DNA of 64,000 bases from Alphaproteobacteria bacterium (lineage in GTDB: Bacteria; Pseudomonadota; Alphaproteobacteria; UBA828): NCBI GenBank assembly GCA_963667785.2, contig CAXXMU010000002.1, forward strand, positions 352,001 through 416,000. The letters are read 5' to 3'. Position numbers and translations under genes: made by a program. Numbering within the stretch: position 1 is the stretch's first letter; each line of letters opens with the position of its first letter. Below, one piece after another: positions 49,023 through 59,411 of this stretch. Below the pieces are notes generated by a model. The model did not search any database, was not told the DNA's origin, and saw nothing but the letters and a program-made list of their open reading frames with translations.

Positions 49023-49241
49023 ATGGCTATCCTGCGCACGGTTCTCTGGTCGCTGGCCAGGCGCGCCGCCGCCGATCCGCGCGTGCAGAAGAAGGCGGGG
49101 CAGGCGTTCCGGGCCGTCGACGGGAAGATGGACAAGGCGGCCGACAAGGTGGCGAAGGTCGCGGTCGCCAAGGATCCCGCGCGCGAGGCGGGGAAGATGA
49201 TCGGCGCCTTCCTCTCGGGCGAGAAGCCGCCGAAGCGCTGA
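49023..49241 (+). CDS. small hypothetical protein
   Basis: 72-aa basic helical ORF with host-like codon usage filling the gap before the tRNAs. Confidence 0.55.
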   Translation: MAILRTVLWSLARRAAADPRVQKKAGQAFRAVDGKMDKAADKVAKVAVAKDPAREAGKMIGAFLSGEKPPKR

Positions 49242-49264
49242 CCGCCCGCCGCCGGGCGCCCATC

Positions 49265-49351
<87 letters not shown>

Positions 49352-49360
49352 CCGGTCAGA

Positions 49361-49447
49361 TGGTGCGGCTGAGAGGACTCGAACCTCCACGGGGTCGCCC
49401 CCACAGCGCCCTCAACGCTGCGCGTCTACCTGTTCCGCCACAGCCGC
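49361..49447 (-). tRNA. tRNA-Leu (GAG)
   Basis: GCGGCTGTGGCGGAACAGGTAGACGCG, anticodon arm CAGCG-TTGAGGG-CGCTG, CCA end, 87 nt. Confidence 0.96.
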
Positions 49448-49680
49448 GAGAAAATGCCGTGCCCGAAGAGCCGGCGGAGCGGAGAAAACAGGGTAATGGC
49501 GCGGCTTGTCAAGCCGCCATCGGCGCGTATCCGTTCCTGACGGATACGCGACAGGCCGCGACCGCGGCCCGCCGCTTATGCGGCGCCCTCGCATCGTGCG
49601 CTCCGCGCGCGTCCCGCGCGACGGCCGGCTGCCGTGAGCGAAAAGAGTCCAGCGCGAGGTCTGTGAGGAACGGAAACGCC

Positions 49681-50688
49681 CTACACGCCGCGCCCCGCGC
49701 CGGCCTCCGGCTTGAAGGGGCGCGACAGCAGGCCGCCGATCGCGTCGTCGATCGAGGCGCCCCGGTGGAGCACCGCGTGCACCGCACCGGCGATCGGCAT
49801 TTCGACCCCGAGACCCGCCGCCATCGTCATCACGGCCGGCGCGCTGGCCACCCCCTCGGTCACCGCCTCGCGGGCGCCCAGCACCGCGTCCGCCCTCCCG
49901 CCGGCGCCGAGCGCGCGGCCGAGGGTGAAGTTGCGCGACTGCTCGCTGGTGCAGGTCAGCACCAGATCGCCGAGGCCCGAGAGGCCGGCGAGGGTCTCCG
50001 GCCGGCCGCCGCCGGCGACGGCGAGGCGGACCAGCTCGGCGAAGCCGCGCGCGACGATGGCGGCGCGGGCGTTGTCCCCGAGGTTTCGGCCGACGGCGAT
50101 TCCGGCGGCGATGGCGATCACGTTCTTGACGGCGCCGCCGACCTGGACGCCGATCAGGTCGTCCGTGAGGTAGGGGCGGAAGGCCGGGCTGCCGAGCGCC
50201 TCCACGATCGCGGCGCCCCGGCGGGCGTCCTCGCAGGCCAGCGACACGGCGGCGGGCAGGCCCTCGGCCACCTCGCGCGCGAAGGTGGGGCCGGAGAGCG
50301 CGGCGAGCGGCATGTCGGGCGCCACCCGGCGCAGCGCGTCGCTCATCAGGGCGCCGGTTCCGCGCTCGATTCCCTTGGCGCAGACCACGCCCGGCACGCG
50401 GCCGTTCGATGCCCCGAACACCTCCGCCGCGATCGCGGCGAGATTCTGCGCCGGGGTCGCGAGCAGCAGGAGGTCGCCGTCCGCCGCCTCGCCCAGATCC
50501 GCCGTTGCGCGGATCGCCGGCTCCAGCGGAACGCCGGGCAGGAAGCGGCGGTTCTCGTGCCGCCCGTTGATCGCCTCGACGACGTCGGGCTCGCGCGCCC
50601 AGAGCGTCACCTCGCGGCCCGCGCGCGCCGCCACCGCAGCCAGCGCCGTTCCCCAGGCGCCGCCGCCGATCACGCCGATGCGGTTCAT
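49681..50688 (-). CDS. gpsA: NAD(P)H-dependent glycerol-3-phosphate dehydrogenase
   Basis: GGGAWGTALA, CAKGIE, LSGPTFA, KNVIAIAAG, GLGDLVLTC...SRN. Confidence 0.95.
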   Translation of the reverse strand: MNRIGVIGGGAWGTALAAVAARAGREVTLWAREPDVVEAINGRHENRRFLPGVPLEPAIRATADLGEAADGDLLLLATPAQNLAAIAAEVFGASNGRVPGVVCAKGIERGTGALMSDALRRVAPDMPLAALSGPTFAREVAEGLPAAVSLACEDARRGAAIVEALGSPAFRPYLTDDLIGVQVGGAVKNVIAIAAGIAVGRNLGDNARAAIVARGFAELVRLAVAGGGRPETLAGLSGLGDLVLTCTSEQSRNFTLGRALGAGGRADAVLGAREAVTEGVASAPAVMTMAAGLGVEMPIAGAVHAVLHRGASIDDAIGGLLSRPFKPEAGAGRGV

Positions 50689-50824
50689 CGTGCCGCGCCT
50701 GCCCGTGGACTCGATCGTTCCATGGCGGTCAGTCTAGCCGACGCCCAGGCGATGCGGGCAAGCCCGTGCGGCGCCGCGTATAGTGGACCCGCAGGCGGGG
50801 CGGTGACGCAGGGGGAAGCGGCGC

Positions 50825-51643
50825 ATGGTGCGGGTGAGAGCGCGGCTCCGGCGTTCGCTTGCCGCGCTGTTGATCGCTCTGCCGGCGGCACCGGCTGCCT
50901 GGGCCGACGGCGGGTTCGAGATGGTCGACATTCCGGCCGGCAGTTTCGAGGCGGGCGACCCGGACGGCCGGGCGGACGAGGTACCCCGCCCGGTGACGGT
51001 TGCGCCCTTCCGGCTCATGCGCTTCGAGGTCACGAACGCCCAGTTCGCCGCCTTCGTCGCCGCCACCGGTCACGTCACCGATCCCGAGCGGCGCGGCTTC
51101 GCCTACGTCTGGCCCGGACGCTGGATCAAGGTGCCGGGCGCCGATTGGCGTCATCGCAGCGGCCCGGCCTCCAGCCCGGTCGGCCTCGACGACCATCCGG
51201 TGGTCCAGGTGAGCTGGCGGGACGCGCGCGCCTTCTGCCGCCACCACGGCCTCCGCCTGCCCGGCGAGGAAGAGTGGGAGTTCGCCGCGCGCGGGACGGA
51301 CGGGCGCATCTTCCCCTGGGGCGGGGCGGCGCCCGACGAGGGCGGCACGAGGCGCGCCAACTACGGCACCACCAAGTGCTGCGGCGCGGACATGACCGAT
51401 GGGTACCACGAGACCGCGCCGGTCGGCTCCTTTCCCGCGGGCGTCTCGCCCTTCGGCCTCCACGACATGGCCGGCAACGTCTGGGAGTGGACGGCGAGCC
51501 CGGACGGCGACAGCGGGAAGTACGTGCTCAGGGGCGGCGGCTGGGGCAACAATCCGTTCTGCCTCAGGGTGAGCTACCGCCACAAGAATCCGCCCGATAT
51601 CGGCCTCGACATGGTCGGCTTTCGCTGCGCCGGCGATCCCTGA
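50825..51643 (+). CDS. secreted formylglycine-generating-enzyme (SUMF1/FGE-sulfatase) domain protein
   Basis: Signal peptide ending AWA; EVTNAQF, HPVVQVSW.DA, RLP.EEEWEFAARG, DMAGNVWEW, RGGGW, GFRC. Confidence 0.88.
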   Translation: MVRVRARLRRSLAALLIALPAAPAAWADGGFEMVDIPAGSFEAGDPDGRADEVPRPVTVAPFRLMRFEVTNAQFAAFVAATGHVTDPERRGFAYVWPGRWIKVPGADWRHRSGPASSPVGLDDHPVVQVSWRDARAFCRHHGLRLPGEEEWEFAARGTDGRIFPWGGAAPDEGGTRRANYGTTKCCGADMTDGYHETAPVGSFPAGVSPFGLHDMAGNVWEWTASPDGDSGKYVLRGGGWGNNPFCLRVSYRHKNPPDIGLDMVGFRCAGDP

Positions 51644-51662
51644 ACCGAGTGGGTAGCCGCGC

Positions 51663-52736
51663 TCAGGCCCGGCGCCCGAGCCTGCCGGGCACACCAGCAC
51701 CGGAGGCGAGGCCCGCCTCTTCGTCGAGCGGCCAGCGCGCGCGCGGCGAGGCGTCGAGCTGATCGATCAGGCCCCGCGAGAGCCGTTCGATGCCCGCCCA
51801 GGCGATCATCGCCGCATTGTCGGTGCAGAGCCTCGCGGGAGGGATCGCGAGCGCGAGCCGGTGGCGCGCCGCCAGCTCCTCGATGCGCTGCCGGATCTCC
51901 GCATTGGCCGCGACGCCGCCTGCGACGACCAGCGCCGTCGGCTGCGTCTCCTCGCCCTGCAGCATGGCGATCGCATTGGCGGTCCGGTCCGCCAGCACGT
52001 CGGTCACCGCCCGCTGGAACGAGGCGGCGAGGTCGGCGCGGGCGCCGTCCGACAACGCCTCGTGGGCCTGCACCGCGTGGAGCAGCGCCGTCTTGAGGCC
52101 CGAGAACGAGAAGTCGCATCCCGGCCGGCCCGCCAGCGGTCGTGGCAGGGCGATGCGCTCGGGATCGCCGTCACGCGCCGCCTTCTCGATCGCCGGCCCG
52201 CCCGGATAGCCGAGGTCGAGCAGCATCGCCGCCTTGTCGAAGGCCTCGCCCACCGCGTCGTCGATGGTGGTCCCCAGCCGCCGGTAGCGGCTCACCTCCT
52301 CGACGAGCAGCAACTGGCAGTGTCCGCCCGATACCAGGAGCAGCAGGTAGGGGAAGGCGAGGCCCTCGTCGATCAGCCGGGGGCTCAGCGCGTGCCCCTC
52401 CAGGTGGTTGACGGCGAGCAGCGGAAGGTCGTGCACGGCGGCGATCGCCTTGCCCGTCATCAGCCCGACCATGACCGCGCCGATCAGGCCGGGGCCGGCC
52501 GTCGCCGCTACGCCGTCGAGAGCGGCGAAGTCGACGCCGGCTTCCTCCATGGCGCGGGCGACGAGGCGATCGAGATGGTCGACGTGGCTGCGCGCGGCGA
52601 TCTCGGGCACGACGCCGCCGTAGGGCGCGTGGTCGGCGCACTGGGAGAGCACGAGGTTCGCCAGCATCCGGCGCTCGACGGTCACCACGGCGGCCGCCGT
52701 TTCGTCGCAGCTCGTCTCGATGCCGAGGACGATCAT
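51663..52736 (-). CDS. tsaD: tRNA threonylcarbamoyltransferase subunit TsaD
   Basis: LGIETSCDET, GGVVPEIAARSH, NHLEGH, DDAVGEAFDK, FSFSGLKT, TDNAAMIA. Confidence 0.96.
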   Translation of the reverse strand: MIVLGIETSCDETAAAVVTVERRMLANLVLSQCADHAPYGGVVPEIAARSHVDHLDRLVARAMEEAGVDFAALDGVAATAGPGLIGAVMVGLMTGKAIAAVHDLPLLAVNHLEGHALSPRLIDEGLAFPYLLLLVSGGHCQLLLVEEVSRYRRLGTTIDDAVGEAFDKAAMLLDLGYPGGPAIEKAARDGDPERIALPRPLAGRPGCDFSFSGLKTALLHAVQAHEALSDGARADLAASFQRAVTDVLADRTANAIAMLQGEETQPTALVVAGGVAANAEIRQRIEELAARHRLALAIPPARLCTDNAAMIAWAGIERLSRGLIDQLDASPRARWPLDEEAGLASGAGVPGRLGRRA

Positions 52737-52867
52737 GGTGCGAGCACATAGCCGGCGGACGCCGCTGCCGCAACGGCCGTGGTCTGGCAAGTCGGCGGAA
52801 AAGCGCTCGCATCGCGCCCGGCCGCTGTGTAGAAGGGGCCACGACGCCCCGAATCGGTGCCGCTCAC

Positions 52868-53818
52868 GTGCGCCTGCCAATCACCGTCGGAACGCGGGGC
52901 AGCCCGCTCGCCATCGCCCAGACCCGCCACGTCTGCGCCCGGCTCGTCGCCGCTCATCCGGCGCTGGCGGAAGAGGGCGCCCTGCTGACCCGGGTCATCA
53001 CCACCTCGGGCGATCGCTTCACGGACCGGCCGCTCGCAGATATCGGCGGCAAGGGCCTCTTCACCAAGGAGATCGAGGAAGCGCTCCTGGACGGGCGCAT
53101 CGACCTCGCCGTGCACTCGATGAAGGACCTGCCGACGCGGCTGCCCGAGGGGCTCGAGATCGCCGCGATCCCCGAACGCGAGGACCCGCGCGACGTGCTG
53201 GTCGTGCGCGATGCACCCGATGCGCCGGACGCGACTGCCGGACTCGCCGGTTTGCCATCGGGGGCACGGGTCGGCACCGGGTCGCTCCGCCGCCAGGCGC
53301 AGCTTCTGGCGCAGCGCCCCGATCTCACCATCGTGCCCTTTCGCGGCAACGTGGGCACCCGCCTCGGCAAGGTGGCGGACGGGGTGGCGGACGCCACCCT
53401 GCTGGCGCTGGCGGGCCTGAGACGGCTCGGGGAGGATACGGGTTCGATGGCGGTGCTGACGCCAGGCGAGATGCTGCCGGCGGTGGGCCAGGGGGCGCTC
53501 GGAATCGAATGCCGCATCGGCGATGCTCAGACGCGGGAGGCGCTGCTGCCCGTCGCCGATCCGACGACGACCGCCGCCGTCGCCTGCGAGCGGGCGCTCC
53601 TGGAGGTGCTGGACGGCTCGTGCCGGACGCCCATCGCCGGCCTCGCTGAGGTCGACGGGGCCGGGCGGCTCCGCCTCGACGCCCTCATCGCCCGGCCGGA
53701 CGGCAGCGCCTGCCATCGCATCGAGCGCGCCGGCGCCGTGGCCGACGCCGGGGCGATCGGGCGGGACGCCGGCGCCGCGCTCCGTGCTGCCGCCGGACCG
53801 GACTGGTTCGACTGGTGA
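52868..53818 (+). CDS. hemC: hydroxymethylbilane synthase
   Basis: GTRGSPLA, GGKGLFTKE, VHSMKD, LRRQAQ, RGNV, GSCRTPI. Confidence 0.96.
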   Translation: MRLPITVGTRGSPLAIAQTRHVCARLVAAHPALAEEGALLTRVITTSGDRFTDRPLADIGGKGLFTKEIEEALLDGRIDLAVHSMKDLPTRLPEGLEIAAIPEREDPRDVLVVRDAPDAPDATAGLAGLPSGARVGTGSLRRQAQLLAQRPDLTIVPFRGNVGTRLGKVADGVADATLLALAGLRRLGEDTGSMAVLTPGEMLPAVGQGALGIECRIGDAQTREALLPVADPTTTAAVACERALLEVLDGSCRTPIAGLAEVDGAGRLRLDALIARPDGSACHRIERAGAVADAGAIGRDAGAALRAAAGPDWFDW

Positions 53819-54555
53819 GCCTCCCCCGCCTGCTGCTGACCCGCCCGCGCCAGGATTCGACGGCGCTCGCGGCGGTCCTGAAAGGCCACGGCATCGAGTC
53901 GCTGATCGAGCCGCTGATGACCATCCGCATGGAGACGCCGGCCGGGCTCGACATGGCGGGCGTGCAAGCGGTTCTGCTCACCAGCGCCAACGGTGCGAGG
54001 GCGCTGGCGGCCGCCTCCGCCTGCCCGGAGGCGCGCCGGCTCCCGGTTCTGGCGGTCGGCTGCGCGACGGCGCAGGCCGCGCGGGAGGCCGGCTTTCATG
54101 CCGTGACGGCGGCCGATGGCGACGTGGACGCGCTCATCGCGCTCGCCACGAAGCTGCTCCGCCCGGAGAAGGGCCGCCTCGTCCACGTGGCCGGCCGGAT
54201 CAGCATCGGCGATCTTGCGGAGAGGCTGCGGAACGCCGGCTTCGAGGCGGAGCGCGTGCCCCTCTACGAAGCGATCGCCGCCGAAGCGCTCTCGCCGCCG
54301 GCGCGCCACGCGCTGCAGGCGCAAACCCTCGCCGGCGTTCTGCTTTTCTCTCCCCGCACCGCGCGCCTCTTTGCTAAGCTCGCGCGCGAGTCGGGGCTTG
54401 AATCGACGGCGCGGACGCTCACCGCGTTCTGCCTGAGCCAGGCGGTGGCCATGGCGGCAGCGACCCTCTCCTGGCATCGAGTCACCGTGGCGGCCGCGCC
54501 GCGGCAGGATGCGCTCGTCGCAAGCGTGGTGCGCGCGCTTGCGCCGGGCGGGTGA
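53815..54555 (+). CDS. hemD: uroporphyrinogen-III synthase
   Basis: LLTRP, TSANG, AVG.ATA, FSPRTA; follows hemC. Confidence 0.9.
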   Translation: MSLPRLLLTRPRQDSTALAAVLKGHGIESLIEPLMTIRMETPAGLDMAGVQAVLLTSANGARALAAASACPEARRLPVLAVGCATAQAAREAGFHAVTAADGDVDALIALATKLLRPEKGRLVHVAGRISIGDLAERLRNAGFEAERVPLYEAIAAEALSPPARHALQAQTLAGVLLFSPRTARLFAKLARESGLESTARTLTAFCLSQAVAMAAATLSWHRVTVAAAPRQDALVASVVRALAPGG

Positions 54556-54564
54556 GAGAGACGA

Positions 54565-56010
54565 ATGGCCGCGCGGAAGGACGAGGGCCGGAAGGCGCAG
54601 GACAGCGGCCGGCGCGCCGTGATCTGGCGGCTGCCGTCGGCGCAGGAGACGAGCGACTCCCGGGACGCCGGGGAGCCGGAGCGTCCCCGCGGCCGACGCG
54701 TGCCCTTGCCGGTGCTCTGGGGGCTGGTCGCGGCCCTCGTCTGCGTCGGCCTCTACGCCGCATGGTCGGAAGTCGGGCGCGACATGCTTGGTACGAGCGG
54801 CGAGCCGGCTGCCGCCTCGGCGCCCGCCCCTGCCGCCTCGGCGCCCGCCCCTGCCGCAGGCGCCGGCGGCGAGGAGGCGGGCGGCGCCACCGCCACGCCG
54901 CCCCCGTCCGATGGCGCCGGTGCCCCTCTCGTCGTTGCAGACGAGGGCGGGGAAGAGACGCCGGCCGAGGCCCCGCCGCGGGATGCGGCCCCGGTCCCTG
55001 ACGGCAAGGCAGCAATCATGGCGGGCGCCGAAACGGCCGCCGGGACGAGCGCCGCGGCCGATCCACCGGAGGAGTCGGAGGCTACCGTCGTCTCGGCAGA
55101 GGGCGCACCTGCGATTGAAGGAGACGATCCTGCCCGCCCGTCACCGCCGGCGGGCCCCGAGCCTACTTCGCCGTCGTCCACCGCTGCCGCTGCGCCACAG
55201 GCGCCGGACGCGCTCGAGGCCCGGCTGGGCGTGCTGGAGGCTCAGGCCTCCGGTGCGCTCGCCTCTGGCGCGGCGGTGACCGCTCTGGCGGAGCGGGTCC
55301 GCGTGCTCGAGGAGGATCCCGCGCGCGCGACGCTAGACCGGGCGCTTGCCGCATGGGAGGAGCAACGGGGCGTGCTGGAGGCCGCGCTCGCCGAGACCGG
55401 CGCGCGCATCGCGCAGCTGGAGCAGGAGGGCGCCCGGCAGGCCGCCGCCGACGGGCGCCTGATGGCGCTGGTGCTGGCGACCGGCGACCTCGCCGCCGCC
55501 CTCGGTTCGTCGCGCGCCTTCGCGCCGGCGTTCGAGGCGCTGAGCGGCCTCGCCGGCGGGGATGCGGAGATCGAGAGCGCGCTCGCGCGCCTCGCGCCCT
55601 TCGCGGGAATCGGCGTCGAGACGCTCGACGGTCTCGGGGCGCGCTTCCCCGAGGTCGCCAACGCCATCGTCCGCGCGGGCGCCGCGAGCGACGACGACGG
55701 CTGGATCGACGAGACCGTCACGCGGCTGAGCCAGCTCGTGACCATTCGCCGCACCGGCGGAGCGCTCGACCCCGAGAGCGTCGACGGCCGCCTGGTCTTG
55801 GCGGAGGAGGCGCTCGCGACGGGCGACCTCGCGCGGGCGATCGCTCTCGTCGAGGCGCTGGTGCCCGGCACCCCGGAGGCCGCCATCGCCAGGGAGTGGT
55901 TGCGCGATGCCCGCGCGCGCCGCGAGGCCGACGATGCCCATGCCGCGCTCGCCGCCGTCGTGCGCGACCGAGTCGGCGCCCGCTGGGCAGCGGGCGGTGC
56001 GCCGCCATGA
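54565..56010 (+). CDS. COG4223/mitofilin-like inner membrane protein with long Pro/Ala-rich linker
   Basis: Single TM, low-complexity linker, coiled coil, C-terminal LVTIRR...GDL..A...W...A.AR; between hemD and hemY. Confidence 0.8.
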   Translation: MAARKDEGRKAQDSGRRAVIWRLPSAQETSDSRDAGEPERPRGRRVPLPVLWGLVAALVCVGLYAAWSEVGRDMLGTSGEPAAASAPAPAASAPAPAAGAGGEEAGGATATPPPSDGAGAPLVVADEGGEETPAEAPPRDAAPVPDGKAAIMAGAETAAGTSAAADPPEESEATVVSAEGAPAIEGDDPARPSPPAGPEPTSPSSTAAAAPQAPDALEARLGVLEAQASGALASGAAVTALAERVRVLEEDPARATLDRALAAWEEQRGVLEAALAETGARIAQLEQEGARQAAADGRLMALVLATGDLAAALGSSRAFAPAFEALSGLAGGDAEIESALARLAPFAGIGVETLDGLGARFPEVANAIVRAGAASDDDGWIDETVTRLSQLVTIRRTGGALDPESVDGRLVLAEEALATGDLARAIALVEALVPGTPEAAIAREWLRDARARREADDAHAALAAVVRDRVGARWAAGGAPP

Positions 56011-57377
56011 TCCGCATCGTCGCCTTCATCGTCGCGGTGATCGTCGTGGCGGCGGTCGCGACCTGGATTTCGGAGCCGCCCGGCCGGGTCGAGATCGCCT
56101 GGGGCGACTACGTGGTGGAGACGTCGCCGGGGATCCTGGCGGCGTTCGTCGCCGTGGCCGCGACCATCGTGCTGGTGATCGGCGCCGTGGTGCGCTTCGT
56201 CTGGATCGGCCCCCGGCGCCTCGCCCGGGCGCGCCGGCGCCGGCGCGAGCGTCTCGGCTACCGTGCCCTCACGCAGGGATTGGTCGCCGCGGCGGCCGGC
56301 GATCCGCGGCGCGCCCGCCGCTTCGCCCGCCGCGCCAACCTGCTGCTGGACGAGCCGCCGCTCACCCTGCTGCTCTCGGCCCAGGCGGCGCAGCTCGAGG
56401 GCGACGACCGCGCCGCGCGCGGCTACTTCGAGGCGATGCTCGACCAGCCGGCAACGGCGTTCCTCGGCTTGCGCGGCCTGCTCGTCCAGGCCGAGCGCAC
56501 CGGCGACACGGCGGCGGCGCTCGAGCATGCCGAACGTGCCTTCGCGCTGCGCCCCGAGACGCCCTGGGTGCTGACCGCGCTGCTGGAGCTGCAGACCCGC
56601 ACGGGCCGCTGGTCGGATGCGCTCGTCACGGTGAAGGAGGCGCTCCGCCACGGCGCGGTGACGGAGGAGGCCGGGCGCCGCCGCCAGGCCGGGCTGCTGT
56701 TCGAGCGTGCCCGGGCGCTGCGCGAGCAGGGCGAGGCCAGGGAGGCGCTGCGCGTCGCAGACGAGGCGCGCGCGGTGGATGCGTCCTTCCTGCCGGCGGC
56801 GCTGCTCGGCGCGGGCCTCGCCAAGGAGGCGGGCCGCGACAGCGCCGCGGTGCGGACCGTCACGGACGCCTGGCGCCATTGCCCGCACCCCGCGCTCGGC
56901 CGACTCTTCCTCGCGCTCCATGCGGAGAGCTCCGCCGCCGAGAGGCTGAAGCGGGTCGAGAAGCTGGTGGCCGGCAACAGCGACCACGCGGAGAGCCACA
57001 TGCTGCTGGCGCAGCAGGCCCTCGACGCCAGGCAGTGGGGGACGGCGCGCCGGCACCTGGAGCGCGTCGCTGAGCAACGCCCCACCGCCGCCGTCTATCG
57101 TCTGCTCGCTCGCCTCGAGGAAGCGGAGAACGGGGACGGGGACGTGGTGCGGCAGCGGCTCAGGCAGGCGAGCGAGGCGCCGCCCGACCCGGCATGGCTC
57201 TGCACCCGCTGCGCCAGCGCGAGCCCGGCTTGGGCAATCGCCTGCGAGGGCTGCGGCGCGTTCGACTCGATCGAGTGGCGCACGCCGCCGCAAGCCGAGG
57301 CGGATGCCCTGCCGCCCGGTGCGGCGGCGGACGAGGACGGCGAGCAGCCGCGCCCGGTGCAGGCCGCCGCCGGCTGA
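56007..57377 (+). CDS. hemY: heme biosynthesis-associated HemY protein (TPR)
   Basis: Two N-terminal TMs, LLLSAQAAQL, FLGLRGL, C-terminal W.C..C...C..C. Confidence 0.88.
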   Translation: MIRIVAFIVAVIVVAAVATWISEPPGRVEIAWGDYVVETSPGILAAFVAVAATIVLVIGAVVRFVWIGPRRLARARRRRRERLGYRALTQGLVAAAAGDPRRARRFARRANLLLDEPPLTLLLSAQAAQLEGDDRAARGYFEAMLDQPATAFLGLRGLLVQAERTGDTAAALEHAERAFALRPETPWVLTALLELQTRTGRWSDALVTVKEALRHGAVTEEAGRRRQAGLLFERARALREQGEAREALRVADEARAVDASFLPAALLGAGLAKEAGRDSAAVRTVTDAWRHCPHPALGRLFLALHAESSAAERLKRVEKLVAGNSDHAESHMLLAQQALDARQWGTARRHLERVAEQRPTAAVYRLLARLEEAENGDGDVVRQRLRQASEAPPDPAWLCTRCASASPAWAIACEGCGAFDSIEWRTPPQAEADALPPGAAADEDGEQPRPVQAAAG

Positions 57378-57461
57378 TCTGGACCCCGGACGGCGGGGCC
57401 GAGTTCAGACTGGCGCCTTTACAACGGTGGTTCGCTTGACGATAGTCCGGCGCGGGACCGG

Positions 57462-57537
57462 GCCGCAGTAGCTCAGCCGGTAGAGCAATGCATTCGTAAT
57501 GCATGGGTCGGGAGTTCGAGTCTCTCCTGCGGCACCA
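57462..57537 (+). tRNA. tRNA-Thr (CGT)
   Basis: GCCGCAGTAGCTCAGCCGGTAGAGC, anticodon arm ATGCA-TTCGTAA-TGCAT, GTTCGAGT, GGCACCA, 76 nt. Confidence 0.96.
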
Positions 57538-57616
57538 GGTCCTGCCTTCGGGCACTCCCGCTCGGTCCCGAAATCGACCGCAACCACCCTCCGTCCGAAC
57601 GTCGCCCGGCCGCCCC

Positions 57617-59395
57617 TCAGCCGTTGCGGAGGCGCGCGGTCGCGTCCTCGTCGAGGTCTCCCGCATCGTCGACGACCACGCGATAGGTCTCGCGCGCGGC
57701 CTCGGCGGAGACCCAGCGCTCGCGCACGTCGATCACCACCTGCGGCGCCGGCCGCTCGGTGGGCGCGCCATAGCCGCCGCCGCCGCACGAATAGGAGACG
57801 ATGGTGTGGCCCTCGGGGATGATCGCCTGGGCGCAAGGGTCGAGCCGGTGGAGGTCGCCGTTGGCGTCGCGCCGGAACTGGTTCGCCCGTCCGCCGGGGG
57901 TGCCGCCGCGCGCGCCCTCCGGTGCGGTGACGTTGCCGTCGCTGACGTAGCCGACCTCCAGATCGCCCTCGGTCGGCCCGAACTCGCAGTAGACCCCGGC
58001 GCCGCCCCGGGTGCGGCCGTGGCCGCCGGAATCGGTGATGAAGTGCCGGCCGCGCACGGTGAGCGGGAAGCGCATCTCGTCGAGCTCGATGGAATCCTGA
58101 TAGGACATGCCGGCGTTGCCGAGATGGCCGATGGAGAGCCACGCGTCGGCCTGGGCGCTCGCCGCGCCGCCGCCCCAGCCGAGGAAGATCTGGTTGACGT
58201 AGGCGCCCTTGGTCTTCTCGCTGGTGCCGGAGATCACGCCGAGGGAGGGCGGGATGATCGAGGCGGTGCTCGCCATGCCGTAGCCGTCGCCCAGATCGGC
58301 GATGGCGCGGCTCACGGCGTTGCCCACGCGGTCGGCGAGATTGGTCGTGGCCACCGAGCAGCTTGTCGGGTGCCTGGGAATGCCGCAGACGCTGTTCTCC
58401 TTGAGGTGCATGCGGACGCGCCGGAAGGAGCCGGTGTTGGTCGGCACCGCTTCGGGGATGCTGTTGAAGACGCCGAGCAGCAGCGTGCTCTCGCAGCAGG
58501 CCTGCGATAGGTTGAGGCCGCAGGGCATCGCGTCGGGATTGTCGCGGAGGTCGATGTCGATCATCGCCTCGTCCGGGTCCACCTCGACCACGATCTTGAC
58601 CGGAATGCCGTCCTCGGCGTTGGGGAAGGGGTCGTGCATCGAGGCGGTCTCAGCGCGGCCGCCCGGCATCTTCCTCACCGCCGCGATCATGAGCTGCTCG
58701 CTGTAGTCGAACCACTGGTCGGCGAACTGGGCGAGGGTGTCCCAGCCGATCTCCCGGCCGAAGCCCAGGATCTCGCGCTCGCCGATCCGCGCCGCGCCCA
58801 GCGCCGCCAGGTAGTCGCCCCACCACTGCTCCGGCACGCGGATGCGGAGTCGGCACATGCGCACGATGTCCTCGATGTCCTCGTAGTCCCGCTGGATCTG
58901 GACGGCCGGGAAGATCAGGGCGCCCTCCTCGTACACGTCGCGGGCGCTGCCGTGATAGGTGGTGGCGATGGAGTTGCCGCAGTCCGCCTGATGGGCCTTG
59001 GCGACCATGGTGAAGCGGTGCACGCCCTCGTCGTCCACCACCGGCACGAGCGTGGTGTGATCGGCCGGGTGCGAGCAGCCGTGATAGGGCGAGTTGTGGA
59101 GATAGGCGTCGCCCCGCTCGAGGTCGGGATGAAACGCCTGCATCGACTCGCACATCATGTCGGCGCCGCGCAGGACGTGAATGGGCAGGCTCTCGTTGAC
59201 CGTGAGCAGCCGGTTCTCGGCGGTCACGATGCAGCAGGAGAAGTCGCGCGCGCTGTTGAGCACGCCCGAGCGTCCGGTGCGCAGCAGCGTGTTGGCCATC
59301 TTGGCGCAGATGGCCTCCATCCGCTTGTTGATGATCGCCATCTGCACGCCGTCCAGCGTGCCGTCGTCGTTGAGGGTCAGCGTGTTCCTTGCCAT
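57617..59395 (-). CDS. hydantoinase B/oxoprolinase family subunit
   Basis: RDFSC, NSPYHGCSHPAD, AHQADCG, DSGGHG..RGG, GGGGYG. Confidence 0.92.
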   Translation of the reverse strand: MARNTLTLNDDGTLDGVQMAIINKRMEAICAKMANTLLRTGRSGVLNSARDFSCCIVTAENRLLTVNESLPIHVLRGADMMCESMQAFHPDLERGDAYLHNSPYHGCSHPADHTTLVPVVDDEGVHRFTMVAKAHQADCGNSIATTYHGSARDVYEEGALIFPAVQIQRDYEDIEDIVRMCRLRIRVPEQWWGDYLAALGAARIGEREILGFGREIGWDTLAQFADQWFDYSEQLMIAAVRKMPGGRAETASMHDPFPNAEDGIPVKIVVEVDPDEAMIDIDLRDNPDAMPCGLNLSQACCESTLLLGVFNSIPEAVPTNTGSFRRVRMHLKENSVCGIPRHPTSCSVATTNLADRVGNAVSRAIADLGDGYGMASTASIIPPSLGVISGTSEKTKGAYVNQIFLGWGGGAASAQADAWLSIGHLGNAGMSYQDSIELDEMRFPLTVRGRHFITDSGGHGRTRGGAGVYCEFGPTEGDLEVGYVSDGNVTAPEGARGGTPGGRANQFRRDANGDLHRLDPCAQAIIPEGHTIVSYSCGGGGYGAPTERPAPQVVIDVRERWVSAEAARETYRVVVDDAGDLDEDATARLRNG

Positions 59396-59411
59396 CGCTC
59401 GCCTGCTTCGG

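Noticed and set aside
46039-49200. 1053-aa plus-strand ORF
   Set aside because: Antisense shadow of the hydantoinase A and cyclase genes; no motifs
54808-54860. 21-bp tandem duplication (AASAPAP x2) in the COG4223 gene
   Set aside because: Ordinary low-complexity linker variation
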